DNA of 64,000 nt from an uncultured Verrucomicrobiota bacterium (GCA_964541675.1 CAZIPW010000001.1:1447-65446), one strand, 5' to 3'; positions 20,449 through 29,823 are shown, counted from the first letter of the stretch. Numbers and translations are program-made. Notes: a model not told the origin generated them from the sequence alone.

Positions 20449-22128
20449 ATGCCAGACAAGCCCATCATCTCCATTTTCATAGACGGGAATGAAGTGAAGG
20501 TTCCCGCGGGCACCAATATCATAGAGGCGGCAAAAGCGGCCGGAGTCGAGATTCCCCACTACTGCTACCATCGCAACCTGAGCGTGGCCGGCAACTGCCG
20601 GATGTGCCTTATCGAGATGGGCATGGAGATGAAGGATCGCGCGACGGGACAGGTTGTCCTGGATGAGTCGGGCAAACCGAAGATACAGTGGCTGCCCAGA
20701 GCCCAGATCGCCTGCGCCACAAACGCCGCGCCCGGCCAGCATTTCAAAACGAACTCTCCCCTGGTAAAGGATAGCCGTAATGCCGTGCTGGAGTTTCTGC
20801 TCCTCAACCATCCTCTCGACTGCCCGATCTGCGATCAGGCCGGAGAGTGCAAACTGCAGGAGTACGCCGCCGATTACGGCAGGGGCGTCTCCCGCTTCAC
20901 CGAAGAGAAGAACCACAAGCCCAAACAGACCCGGCTGGGGCCGCGCGTGACGCTTGACGACGAGAGATGTATCCTTTGTGGTCGCTGCGTCCGCTTCTCC
21001 CGCGAAGTGGCCAGGGACGACTGCCTGGGCTTTGTGAACCGCGGCAGTTACTCGACCTTGAGCTGTTACCCGGGGCGGGAGCTCTCCCACAACTATTCGC
21101 TCAACACGGTTGACATCTGTCCGGTGGGAGCGCTGACCTCAACTGATTTTCGCTTCAAAATGCGCGTCTGGTTCCTCAAGGAAAGCCCGTCAATCTGCGA
21201 GGAGAGCTCGGTCGGTATCAATACGACGGTAGGCTCCCGCGAGGGCCGCATCTATCGTGTTACCCCGCGCCGTAATGACGCCGTCAACGACGCCTGGATG
21301 ACCGACAGCGGTCGGGAATTGTACAAGGCCGCGCAGTCCCCCGATCGTCTTGGGGCCGGAATCGACGTGGAAAAGACAGCGAGGGCCATACAGGAGAGAC
21401 TTGCGGACGGGAAAGGCCTGGCGATTGTCGGCAGCGCGAGAATGTCTTTGGAGGAGCAGTTCCTGCTCGCGCGGATTGCGGGGAGGCTTCATCCCGAGCG
21501 CCTTGATCTGGTAGCGCATCTGGGAGCTTCCGATGGGCTTCTCATCTCCGAGGATCGCACGCCCAATATGCGCGGGGCTTTTCTGACGGGCCTGATCGGA
21601 TCCTATCCGGCGGATAATCTGGAGGGACTGCGCGGGCAGATCGCTGCCGGGCGGATCAAGACCGTACTGGTGATCCGTGAGGATCTGGGCTCTTTGGGTC
21701 TCTCCCTGGAAGATCTGAAAAAAGTCTGTGTTATCGCGGGGGATTCCCATGTGACGCCCACGACCCTTTCTGCCGGGCTTGTGCAGCCGCTCGGGACGGT
21801 CTTTGAAAGAAGCGGCAGTTTCATCAACTGCCAGTGGCGAATCCAAAAGTTCTCGCAGGCTGTTCCGATGCCGAAGGGGGTCTCTAGCGACATTGCTTTC
21901 CTTGATGGGATTCTCCGAAATCTTGGAGAAAAACCGCTTCCGGCACCCACTCCCGAGGCGGTCTGGAAACTCATGGCGGAGAGCGTCCCGCAACTAAAGG
22001 GCCTCTCCTATGCGGCCATCCCCCCAACGGGGCTTGTCATCGACGGCTCGGCATGGGAGAACATATCTTTCCCTGAAATCACAAAGACTTTGCACTATGA
22101 ACCCAAACAAGCCGCTCATATCGCTTAG
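20449..22128 (+). CDS. nuoG: NADH-quinone oxidoreductase subunit G (short form)
   Basis: IPHYCYH, GNCRMCL, HPLDCPICDQAGECKLQEY, RCILCGRCVRF, DICPVGAL. Confidence 0.93.
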   Translation: MPDKPIISIFIDGNEVKVPAGTNIIEAAKAAGVEIPHYCYHRNLSVAGNCRMCLIEMGMEMKDRATGQVVLDESGKPKIQWLPRAQIACATNAAPGQHFKTNSPLVKDSRNAVLEFLLLNHPLDCPICDQAGECKLQEYAADYGRGVSRFTEEKNHKPKQTRLGPRVTLDDERCILCGRCVRFSREVARDDCLGFVNRGSYSTLSCYPGRELSHNYSLNTVDICPVGALTSTDFRFKMRVWFLKESPSICEESSVGINTTVGSREGRIYRVTPRRNDAVNDAWMTDSGRELYKAAQSPDRLGAGIDVEKTARAIQERLADGKGLAIVGSARMSLEEQFLLARIAGRLHPERLDLVAHLGASDGLLISEDRTPNMRGAFLTGLIGSYPADNLEGLRGQIAAGRIKTVLVIREDLGSLGLSLEDLKKVCVIAGDSHVTPTTLSAGLVQPLGTVFERSGSFINCQWRIQKFSQAVPMPKGVSSDIAFLDGILRNLGEKPLPAPTPEAVWKLMAESVPQLKGLSYAAIPPTGLVIDGSAWENISFPEITKTLHYEPKQAAHIA

Positions 22129-22384
22129 GAAGGACGAACTGCCTCTGCTGCCGCCGGTGCCGTGGGGCAGATACCGCCATTACAAGAAATCGGAGCATCT
22201 CTACGAGGTGGTGGGGCTCGCGTTGCACACGGAGACGCTCGATGTTACCGTCATTTACAAGAGGGTCGGTCCCGCATCCGAGCTGGGTGAGGGAGTTCTG
22301 TGGAGCCGCCCCTACAGTATGTTCATGGGGACGGTCGAATACGAAGGCAAAACAACAAAACGCTTTATAAAGGTGGGCGAATAA
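22097..22384 (+). CDS. DUF1653-like small protein
   Basis: GRYRHYK...YEVVGLALHTET...VIYK...LWSRP..MF...V...G....RF. Confidence 0.8.
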   Translation: MNPNKPLISLRKDELPLLPPVPWGRYRHYKKSEHLYEVVGLALHTETLDVTVIYKRVGPASELGEGVLWSRPYSMFMGTVEYEGKTTKRFIKVGE

Positions 22385-23421
22385 TGGAAGTCTTTTGGGC
22401 AGTCCTGAAAACCGTGTGTCTTGGCTTTTCTGTCATGGCGATGGCCGCCTACCTGGTCCTTTTCGAGCGCAAGGTCTGCTCTGCCATGCAGGGTCGATTG
22501 GGTCCCAATCGCGTCAAAGTTCCGCTGCTGGGCGACATCCCGTTTTTGGGAAGGTTCCTGACGCGCCTGGGCATTTTCCAGCCCTTCGCGGACATTCCCA
22601 AGCTGCTCTTCAAAGAGGAGATTGTTCCCGGGCACGTGCGTAAATTTTTCTACCATTTGGCACCGTGCCTTGTCTTTATTCCGGCTTATACTACGATGGT
22701 CGTGATTCCCTTCGGCCAGATGAGCGGGGCGCCTCTGGTGCTTTCCGATATCGACTTGGGAGCTTTCTTTGTCATGGCGGTCGCTTCGATGGGTGTCTAC
22801 GGGCTGGTACTTGCCGGCTGGGCCAGCAACAGCAAATATCCATATCTGGGTGGCATACGCGCAGCCGCGCAGCTGATCTCCTACGAACTTTCGATGGCTT
22901 TGGCGCTCCTCTCCTTGGGACTGTGGGCGGGGAACTTCAGTCTGGTGAAGATTGTCGCAGCCCAGTCGTCAAGCGGATGGTGGATCCTCCTGCAGCCGCT
23001 CACGGCACTGGTGTTTCTGGTGGCGCTCTTCGCGGAGACCAACCGCGCGCCCTTCGATATGCCGGAGTCGGAGTCCGATCTGGTGGGAGGGTACAACGTG
23101 GAATATGGCTCGCTGAAATTTGGTATGTTCTTTGTGGGAGAGTACACCAATATCATTGTCGGCTCCGCGGTTTTCGTCGATCTCTTCCTGGGGGGCTGGA
23201 CGCTGCCGGGAGTCCATTATCCGGCGGGAATATGGGGCGCGCTTGCCTCGGTGGCGGTCTTTTTGGCCAAGCTGGTGGTGATGCTCTTCCTCTTTGTCTG
23301 GGTGAGGTGGACCTTTCCCCGCTTCCGCTACGACCAGGTGATGAGGCTGGGCTGGAGTGTGCTTCTGCCGCTTTCGGCTGCCAATCTGATCCTGAACGCG
23401 GCTCTGGCGCTCATTAAATAG
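22384..23421 (+). CDS. nuoH: NADH-quinone oxidoreductase subunit H
   Basis: ERKV..AMQGRLGPNR, QPFADIPKL, AETNRAPFDMPESESDLVGGYNVEY, RFRYDQ. Confidence 0.96.
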   Translation: MEVFWAVLKTVCLGFSVMAMAAYLVLFERKVCSAMQGRLGPNRVKVPLLGDIPFLGRFLTRLGIFQPFADIPKLLFKEEIVPGHVRKFFYHLAPCLVFIPAYTTMVVIPFGQMSGAPLVLSDIDLGAFFVMAVASMGVYGLVLAGWASNSKYPYLGGIRAAAQLISYELSMALALLSLGLWAGNFSLVKIVAAQSSSGWWILLQPLTALVFLVALFAETNRAPFDMPESESDLVGGYNVEYGSLKFGMFFVGEYTNIIVGSAVFVDLFLGGWTLPGVHYPAGIWGALASVAVFLAKLVVMLFLFVWVRWTFPRFRYDQVMRLGWSVLLPLSAANLILNAALALIK

Positions 23422-23556
23422 AAAATATGGCGGATAATATCCCCGACCAGGTCAGAGAGATTTTGACAGGGTATTTCGGAAAGTAATAGGAACATCAAAT
23501 TCCATTGACCTGTCCACACGTCGCGTTAAGAATCCAGAATTCAACAAATTGTCATT

Positions 23557-24606
23557 ATGGAACAAATCAAGCGAGTTGTAGAAAAAGACACCCCTCTCAA
23601 AAAGGATGATCTGATCGTCATCACAGGAGCAGGTGGATTTATTGCCGGAAATCTGGCCCGGTATTTCACCAATAAAGGCTTTACCAACATCCGCGCGGTG
23701 GACAAGAAACCGCTCTACGAGTGGTATCTCCATACTCCGGGTGTTCAGAATCTTTGTATGGATGTGAGCCAAGAGGACAACTGTCGTCGCGTGTGCGAAG
23801 GGGCGGTGGAAGTCTACAATTTGGCCGCTGACATGGGTGGCATGGGCTTTATCGAGCGTTTCCGCATCGAGTGCCTGCGTTCGGTTCTCATCAATACCCA
23901 CATGGTCGAGTCCGCCTGCCGCGCGGGTGCCCGCCGCTATTTTTATTCCTCTTCCGCCTGCGTTTACAACATCTTGTTGCAGAAAGATCCCAATGTCCGC
24001 GCGCTCAAGGAATCTGATGCGTATCCGGCCATGTCCGAACGCGGCTACGGCTGGGAGAAGCTCGTTTCCGAGATGTTCTGCCAGGAGTACTGGTATGAGC
24101 GCGGCATGAAGACGCATATCGCCCGCTTCCACAATGTTTACGGTCCCAATGGCACATGGGATGGAGGCCGCGAAAAAGCGCCCGCCGCACTTTGCCGCAA
24201 AGTCATTCAAGCTATCGACACCGGCGACAAAGAGATCACCATCTGGGGTGACGGTTCCCAGACACGCAGCTTCATGTACATAGACGACTGCGTCAAGGGC
24301 ATCGACATGATTACCCATTGCGACGATCTCATCGCCACTCCCATCAACCTGGGATCAAGCGAACTCATCTCCATCAGCGCCCTGCTTTCAAAAATTGAGA
24401 AGATTGCCGGCGTCAAGCTCACCCGCCATCACGACCTCTCTGCCCCCAAGGGGGTCGCCGGCCGCAACTCGGACAACACTTTCATCCGGCAGGTGCTCCA
24501 ATGGGAACCCTCCACCACGCTCGATGATGGGTTGGCCGCCACCTACAAGTGGATCAAGAGCCAATATGACGCCCGCAAGGCCGGTAAGCGCGTGGGCATT
24601 GGCTGA
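23557..24606 (+). CDS. NAD-dependent epimerase, GDP-mannose 3,5-epimerase-like
   Basis: GAGGFIA, NLAADMGGMGFI, YSSSACVY, YGWEK, GGREKAPAALCRK, GRNSDN. Confidence 0.85.
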   Translation: MEQIKRVVEKDTPLKKDDLIVITGAGGFIAGNLARYFTNKGFTNIRAVDKKPLYEWYLHTPGVQNLCMDVSQEDNCRRVCEGAVEVYNLAADMGGMGFIERFRIECLRSVLINTHMVESACRAGARRYFYSSSACVYNILLQKDPNVRALKESDAYPAMSERGYGWEKLVSEMFCQEYWYERGMKTHIARFHNVYGPNGTWDGGREKAPAALCRKVIQAIDTGDKEITIWGDGSQTRSFMYIDDCVKGIDMITHCDDLIATPINLGSSELISISALLSKIEKIAGVKLTRHHDLSAPKGVAGRNSDNTFIRQVLQWEPSTTLDDGLAATYKWIKSQYDARKAGKRVGIG

Positions 24607-24674
24607 TCGCTCTGGATTCCCAATCCACAGACGACTTGAAAGTCCCTGTGGTTTTCTGTACCATATGACCCTCT

Positions 24675-27386
24675 ATGCCCGAGATTGCAAAAAACTATGA
24701 CTTTGCGACGCTGGAGCCATATTGGTATAACGAGTGGCTTCAAAAAGATGCGTTCAAACCCGTCGTCGGAAAGAAGCTGAATTTCCTTGAGCGCCTCATG
24801 GGCAAAAAAGAGGAGACCTATACCATAGTCATTCCTCCTCCCAATGTGACGGGAGTCCTGCACATGGGACACTTTCTGAACAATACCCTGCAGGACGTCC
24901 TGATTCGCCGCGCGCGTCTTGAAGGCAAAGCTGCCCTCTGGATTCCGGGGACCGATCACGCGGGGCTGGCCACGCAGGTCCAGGTGGAGCGCTCCCTGCG
25001 AAAAGAGGGCAAGACTAAGCACAATATGCCCCGTGAGGAGTTCATGCAGAGGATCCTTCAATGGTGCGAGCTAAATGGCGGTACGATCTTAAAGCAGCTC
25101 AAGCGCATGGGTTGCAGTTGCGATTGGAGCCGTACGGGTTACACGATGGATCCCGCCTACCATCGGGCGGTGCTGCACGCCTTCGTGAAGCTTTACGAGA
25201 AGGGCTATATTTATCGCGACTACCGCATGGTGAACTGGTGTCCAGTAAGCCTCACGGGACTGAGCGATGAGGAAGTCATCATGAAGGAGGAAGAGGGAAT
25301 CATGGTCCATATGAAGTACGAGCTGGTGGAGCATCCCGGCGAATTCATTGAGATAGAAACCACCCGTCCCGAGACAATCATGGGTGATACTGCCGTGGCA
25401 GTGCATCCCAAACATCCCAAGTACGCCAGATACATCGGCAAACACGTCTGGAGGCCGTTTCCAAAAGCACAGATCCCCGTGATAGGGGACGAGGCTATTG
25501 ACTTGAATTTTGGAACTGGTGTCCTAAAAGTGACCCCAGCACATGACAAGGTGGATTTTGATATGGGTAAACGTCACCAGCTACCCGTGATAAATGTTTT
25601 TAATCCGGATGCGTCTTTGAATGAAAATGCCGGTGAGAGATATAAAGGCATGACGCGTGAGAAGGCCCGCGAAGAGTCAATCAAACAACTCAAAGAAATT
25701 GGGCTCCTCATAGCCGTGAAGCCGTACAAGCACTCCGTGGGTTACTCCGAACGCGCGGGGGTGCCGATCGAGCCGCGCTTAAGCGTGCAGTGGTGGCTCA
25801 AATATCCTCATGTGGAAGAGGCCAAACAGGTGGTGCGCGGGGGTCTGATCAAATTTCATCCGGCCCGCTGGGAGAAAGTCTATTTCAACTGGCTCAATAA
25901 CATCCAGGACTGGTGTATCTCGCGCCAGGTGATCTGGGGCCAGCGGATTCCCGTGTGGTACAGGAAGGGCACAGACCGTGAGGATCCGAGGAACCGTCAC
26001 TGCAGCATCGATGGTCCCGCTGACAGGGAGAACTGGGAGCAGGATCCCGACGTGCTCGATACCTGGGCTTCCTCGTGGTTGTGGCCGCTGGCTACAATGG
26101 GCTGGCCTGATGAGGCTGCCATGAAAAAGGCCCAGCTGGACAGTTTTTATCCGACGTCGACCCTTGTCACAGGCCCCGATATCATCTTCTTCTGGGTTGC
26201 CCGAATGATTGTGGCGGGACTGGAATTCCGCAGCGGCGCTCTCAATGACAGGATTCCCTTCAAAGACGTGTACTTTACCAGCATGGTCCGCGACGCTGAA
26301 GGCCGCAAAATGAGCAAGAGTCTGGGCAACGGCGTGGATCCGCTGGCGCTCTTTGAACAGTACGGTGCCGACGGTTCGCGCTTCGGTATTGTCCGCAATG
26401 CCCCCACTGGTCAGGACATCGCCTTCAGCGAGGAAATGGTCGAGTTGGGACGAAACTTTTGTACCAAGTTATGGAACGCCTCGCGCTTCCGCCAGATGCA
26501 GGGAATCCGGGAGGCTCCGGCTAGCCTGGATGAACTGCTCTGCGGTATCTCTCCCGAAAAGCTCGACGCCTACGACCATTGGATACTCGCGCGGCTTGTT
26601 GAGACGACGCGTCTCGTGGAGAAATGCTTCGCGGGGTTCGATTTTGCCGCGATGGGCAACGGGCTGTACGCTTTCTTCTGGGGGGATTTCTGCGACTGGT
26701 ATGTGGAAGCCTCAAAAGCGCGTCTCAAGGATGAGACCCAGAAAGCCCATATCATCGCGATTCAGGACGTCGTTCTCCGTCAGACTCTGCAGCTATTGCA
26801 TCCGATTATTCCGCACATCACGGAGGAGCTGTGGAAGCAGATGTCTTTTGCGCCGGAGGGCAAGCTGATACAGCAGTCCCCCATCGTGGGTGCCGCAGAT
26901 CTGCAAAAGAGGCTCGTCGCGCGCGGTTTGAACTTCAAAGAATCCGCTTTTGTGAGCCAACTCGCGGAGCTGGTTGAGGCTGGACGTGCGCTCAAGGCCG
27001 ATGCTGGAATGAGCGCCAAGCGCGACGTGGATTTTGTCCTCAAAACCGAGTCCGCCGCATCCGTTGAGCCGCAGCTGGAGGTACTATGCCGCTTCTTGGG
27101 CGCCAAAAAAATCATCCTGACCACCCAAGACAAGGCCAACGCTCCAGCGCGCGTGACGCCACTTGGCACGATCTATCTGGATTTGACAAGCGCCGTTACC
27201 GCCGAGGACAAGGCCAAGTTAAAAAAGCAGTTGGAGGAGATTCAGAAAGCGATTGCGTCCGCGAAGGCCAAACTGGAGAACCCGGCTTTTACCGGCAAGG
27301 CTCCGGTAAGCGTTATTGACGGCGTGAGGGCTACAATGGAGACCAATGTCAAAAAAATGGCTGAGCTTGAGAGGCTGATCGGGTAG
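24675..27386 (+). CDS. valS: Valine--tRNA ligase
   Basis: PPPNVTGVLHMGH, DWCISRQ, DVLDTWASS, KMSKS, C-terminal coiled coil with F..KAP. Confidence 0.98.
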   Translation: MPEIAKNYDFATLEPYWYNEWLQKDAFKPVVGKKLNFLERLMGKKEETYTIVIPPPNVTGVLHMGHFLNNTLQDVLIRRARLEGKAALWIPGTDHAGLATQVQVERSLRKEGKTKHNMPREEFMQRILQWCELNGGTILKQLKRMGCSCDWSRTGYTMDPAYHRAVLHAFVKLYEKGYIYRDYRMVNWCPVSLTGLSDEEVIMKEEEGIMVHMKYELVEHPGEFIEIETTRPETIMGDTAVAVHPKHPKYARYIGKHVWRPFPKAQIPVIGDEAIDLNFGTGVLKVTPAHDKVDFDMGKRHQLPVINVFNPDASLNENAGERYKGMTREKAREESIKQLKEIGLLIAVKPYKHSVGYSERAGVPIEPRLSVQWWLKYPHVEEAKQVVRGGLIKFHPARWEKVYFNWLNNIQDWCISRQVIWGQRIPVWYRKGTDREDPRNRHCSIDGPADRENWEQDPDVLDTWASSWLWPLATMGWPDEAAMKKAQLDSFYPTSTLVTGPDIIFFWVARMIVAGLEFRSGALNDRIPFKDVYFTSMVRDAEGRKMSKSLGNGVDPLALFEQYGADGSRFGIVRNAPTGQDIAFSEEMVELGRNFCTKLWNASRFRQMQGIREAPASLDELLCGISPEKLDAYDHWILARLVETTRLVEKCFAGFDFAAMGNGLYAFFWGDFCDWYVEASKARLKDETQKAHIIAIQDVVLRQTLQLLHPIIPHITEELWKQMSFAPEGKLIQQSPIVGAADLQKRLVARGLNFKESAFVSQLAELVEAGRALKADAGMSAKRDVDFVLKTESAASVEPQLEVLCRFLGAKKIILTTQDKANAPARVTPLGTIYLDLTSAVTAEDKAKLKKQLEEIQKAIASAKAKLENPAFTGKAPVSVIDGVRATMETNVKKMAELERLIG

Positions 27387-27529
27387 GGAATGTATTGTTT
27401 CTTGCGGATGCCGAATTCCGTTCCAGTTTTCGTTTTTCCTCTTTTCAATTGCTCACTTTCAAACAATGGTTATACTTGTATATGTAGAATATATCTTTTT
27501 ACTCTATATGTTATCCAGGTCATCCCCGT

Positions 27530-28240
27530 ATGAAATATTCTCTGATTCTAGTTGGTTCTCATGATGGCAGTAAGACAGAATCCTTTGTAAAAGAAAGGGC
27601 CTGTCGTGGGAATGTTCTACTTGTTGAACCTGTTCCTTGGTTATTTGAAAAACTAAAAACAAGATATGCTGAAATAAAATCGATAGATCTGCTGAACGTT
27701 GCAATTACCGAGGAAGATGGTGAATTTACGTTTTATAGTCCGACCGATTCGGCCAATACCATTCAAGACTACGGTGACCAGCTGGGTTCTTTGAATCCGA
27801 ACCATGCCAAACTTCATGATGAAAGATTTTCGGACAAGATTGAAGCCATAAAGGTTCGTGGAATATGTTTTGAGACGCTTATAAAAACATTTGATATCGA
27901 TGCCGTTGAAATGCTCATGACTGACACGGAAGGTTATGACACGAGGATATTGTCAAAGTTTCCTTTCTTATACTTAAAGCCGGAAAAGATATTGTTCGAA
28001 CATAAACATAGCGATGGAGTTTACAATGTAGGGAGAAATCTATCTCAACTATTGGTTATACTTGAGACATTTGGGTATAAGATGACGATTATAGATGCCG
28101 AGAATACCATGGCTGTTCTGGAAAAAAGGCATCCGCTATCGAGGGGTGTGTGCGCGGTGGATTTACAGCCAAAGCGTCAGGGAATTGATCCGAAGAGGCT
28201 TCACTACTTTGACGATGTGATGGCGTGTAGTGTCCGATAG
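27530..28240 (+). CDS. FkbM-family methyltransferase (AT-rich, probably acquired)
   Basis: VGSHDG, VEPVP, NVAI, DTEGYD..IL, KPEKILFEH; visibly more AT-rich than valS. Confidence 0.85.
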   Translation: MKYSLILVGSHDGSKTESFVKERACRGNVLLVEPVPWLFEKLKTRYAEIKSIDLLNVAITEEDGEFTFYSPTDSANTIQDYGDQLGSLNPNHAKLHDERFSDKIEAIKVRGICFETLIKTFDIDAVEMLMTDTEGYDTRILSKFPFLYLKPEKILFEHKHSDGVYNVGRNLSQLLVILETFGYKMTIIDAENTMAVLEKRHPLSRGVCAVDLQPKRQGIDPKRLHYFDDVMACSVR

Positions 28241-28306
28241 GGCGTAAAGGCAGATATGGATGACAATGTCAAAAAAGTGGCCGAGCTGGAGCGGCTGATA
28301 GGGCAG
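28241..28306 (+). pseudogene. Diverged remnant of the valS 3' end
   Basis: GVKADMDDNVKKVAELERLIG vs valS GVRATMETNVKKMAELERLIG; 57/74 nt identical for 28241-28314 vs 27321-27394. Confidence 0.85.
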
Positions 28307-28338
28307 GGGGTGTATAATATAATATATTTATTAGTCAA

Positions 28339-28375
28339 TAATATTTACCGCCTTTAAAAAAGGAGCTACTGCAAC
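28339..28375 (+). CRISPR. Single CRISPR-like repeat, copy A (no tandem array)
   Basis: TAATATTTACCGCCTTTAAAAAAGGAGCTACTGCAAC, 37 bp, preceded by AT-rich sequence with TATAAT boxes; the inverted copy lies next to cas2. Confidence 0.65.
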
Positions 28376-28411
28376 CAAGTCTGGAGCCGTTGCATTTTGA
28401 CTAAAGTTCTG

Positions 28412-28624
28412 TCACTTGAAGCCGATATTGAAATGGCCGTGCGCCTGGAGCCGACTAATTGATGCTGTATGACGCTTTTGGACTATAATCTGCGGAAGGG
28501 GCCCTCCGCCGCCGCAAGCGACAAAAGCCTCAGCTTGGTCACATCTCACAAGATATACACCCTTGTCAATAAGCTTGCCTTCCGAAACCATCAGTCCTAC
28601 TATTACCAGTTGAGTAACCCACAC
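28412..28624 (-). CDS. Hypothetical 70-aa ORF inside the bracketed fragment
   Basis: ORF only; no motif recognised. Confidence 0.3.
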   Translation of the reverse strand: MWVTQLVIVGLMVSEGKLIDKGVYLVRCDQAEAFVACGGGGPLPQIIVQKRHTASISRLQAHGHFNIGFK

Positions 28625-28628
28625 CGTT

Positions 28629-28952
28629 ATGACAAGCGCAAGTTCTAAACTTTACCGAGGGTACCGCCTAAGCTCTCGTGCGCTCGTCGTGTCAGTCAAC
28701 GGAGTTCCACTACAAACCCGTCCTGATCTGCGGCCCGGCACAATCGCCGACTTCTTCGAATGTGGATACGTGGGAGCCGGTCCGCAACTGCTCGCGCTGG
28801 CGATCCTCGCTGATTTCCTGCACAACGATCGTATAGCCATTGAAAAATCTACTGCCTTTGAAAGAAATGTGATTTCACACCTTCCTAAGGACCGCTCATG
28901 GGCTCTAACATCACGTGACGTAGCTGACGCGCTAGTCTTGCTTGGCTCTTAG
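28629..28952 (+). CDS. DUF6166-like protein (mobile-element associated)
   Basis: Y.G.R...V.V.G.PL..R.DL....F.CGY.GAGPQLLALAILAD...D..A......F...VI..LP....W.LT pattern. Confidence 0.75.
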   Translation: MTSASSKLYRGYRLSSRALVVSVNGVPLQTRPDLRPGTIADFFECGYVGAGPQLLALAILADFLHNDRIAIEKSTAFERNVISHLPKDRSWALTSRDVADALVLLGS

Positions 28953-29767
28953 CTCGGACGCGCTGTGATTGCCGCTAGCTCGCGGCGTCGGTTTTTTAGC
29001 ACGACAATTTTCGAATCATAGGGAGACCGCGAAAGTATATCCACACTCGACAATAACTCGTTCTCATTACCCAGAATAACCTGTAACATCGCCTGACGAT
29101 AGGTTAACTCTTCCATAAGCCGCTTTTGGACATTATCAGAAATGTCCAGCAATTTGGTATCACACAACCGAATCTCAGTCAGACCAGGAACTCGCTCGTG
29201 GTGGTGAATAGGCTTAAATGTTTGCAGAGCCAGAAGGCTCTCAGTCACAAGCTCTGAGGCCCTCTCTACTTCATCGCGTGGTGCCCTCGCAATCTCATCA
29301 GGAGTCGCCTGCTCCTGCGTCAATAACAGACTCCGTGTACAGTACTCACGGACAACTTTATCAACCTGTGCCTTCGCAAAATGCGCTTCGCAGTCCCAAA
29401 GGCATGTCCAAATACGAGGAAAAACCCCTGCCACTATTAAGACAACACAAGCGGCAACTATGACGGGCAGATCCCATCCGCAACCAAAATACGAGTGAAA
29501 ACATATGTAAGGGACAGCCACCACCGCAAGTGTGCCTACATACAAGGTCCTGGCGCGATCTCGGTGAGCGGCCTCGTTCGATTCACGCCATTTTTCTTCC
29601 AGAAAAGCGCCATTTGTATCGAGAATGTGCTCCACCATCTTTGCCCCTAACCATACCAACGTTATTACTAAGGCGCCACTCGTATGATTCTCGGCCGAGA
29701 TAATCCAGTCCGCTATAACCCCACTAAGAAAGCAAAGCGCGATAAAAGTGGGAAAGGCCACCAACAC
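28949..29767 (-). CDS. Hypothetical membrane protein, probably 5'-truncated
   Basis: About four hydrophobic segments then a helical soluble domain. The frame stays open upstream of the GTG across the repeat junction (..TYRIGWDVLVAF). Its stop overlaps the DUF6166 stop by 4 bp. Confidence 0.65.
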   Translation of the reverse strand: MLVAFPTFIALCFLSGVIADWIISAENHTSGALVITLVWLGAKMVEHILDTNGAFLEEKWRESNEAAHRDRARTLYVGTLAVVAVPYICFHSYFGCGWDLPVIVAACVVLIVAGVFPRIWTCLWDCEAHFAKAQVDKVVREYCTRSLLLTQEQATPDEIARAPRDEVERASELVTESLLALQTFKPIHHHERVPGLTEIRLCDTKLLDISDNVQKRLMEELTYRQAMLQVILGNENELLSSVDILSRSPYDSKIVVLKNRRRELAAITARPS

Positions 29768-29786
29768 GTCCCAGCCGATACGGTAA

Positions 29787-29823
29787 GTTGCAGTAGCTCC
29801 TTTTTTAAAGGCGGTAAATAATA
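29787..29823 (-). CRISPR. Single CRISPR-like repeat, copy B (inverted relative to A)
   Basis: Minus strand TATTATTTACCGCCTTTAAAAAAGGAGCTACTGCAAC, 36/37 identical to copy A, 29 bp downstream of the cas2 stop. Confidence 0.65.

Noticed and set aside
28370-28396. TGCAAC...GTTGCA mini-hairpin at the left repeat junction as an anti-repeat
   Set aside because: Only 6 bp and not mirrored at the other junction.
28376-29786. Conventional CRISPR array (repeat-spacer-repeat)
   Set aside because: I checked about 30-45 nt inward of each repeat and scanned the insert by eye; there is no second direct copy, and only a weak TTTTATCGCGCTTT resemblance.
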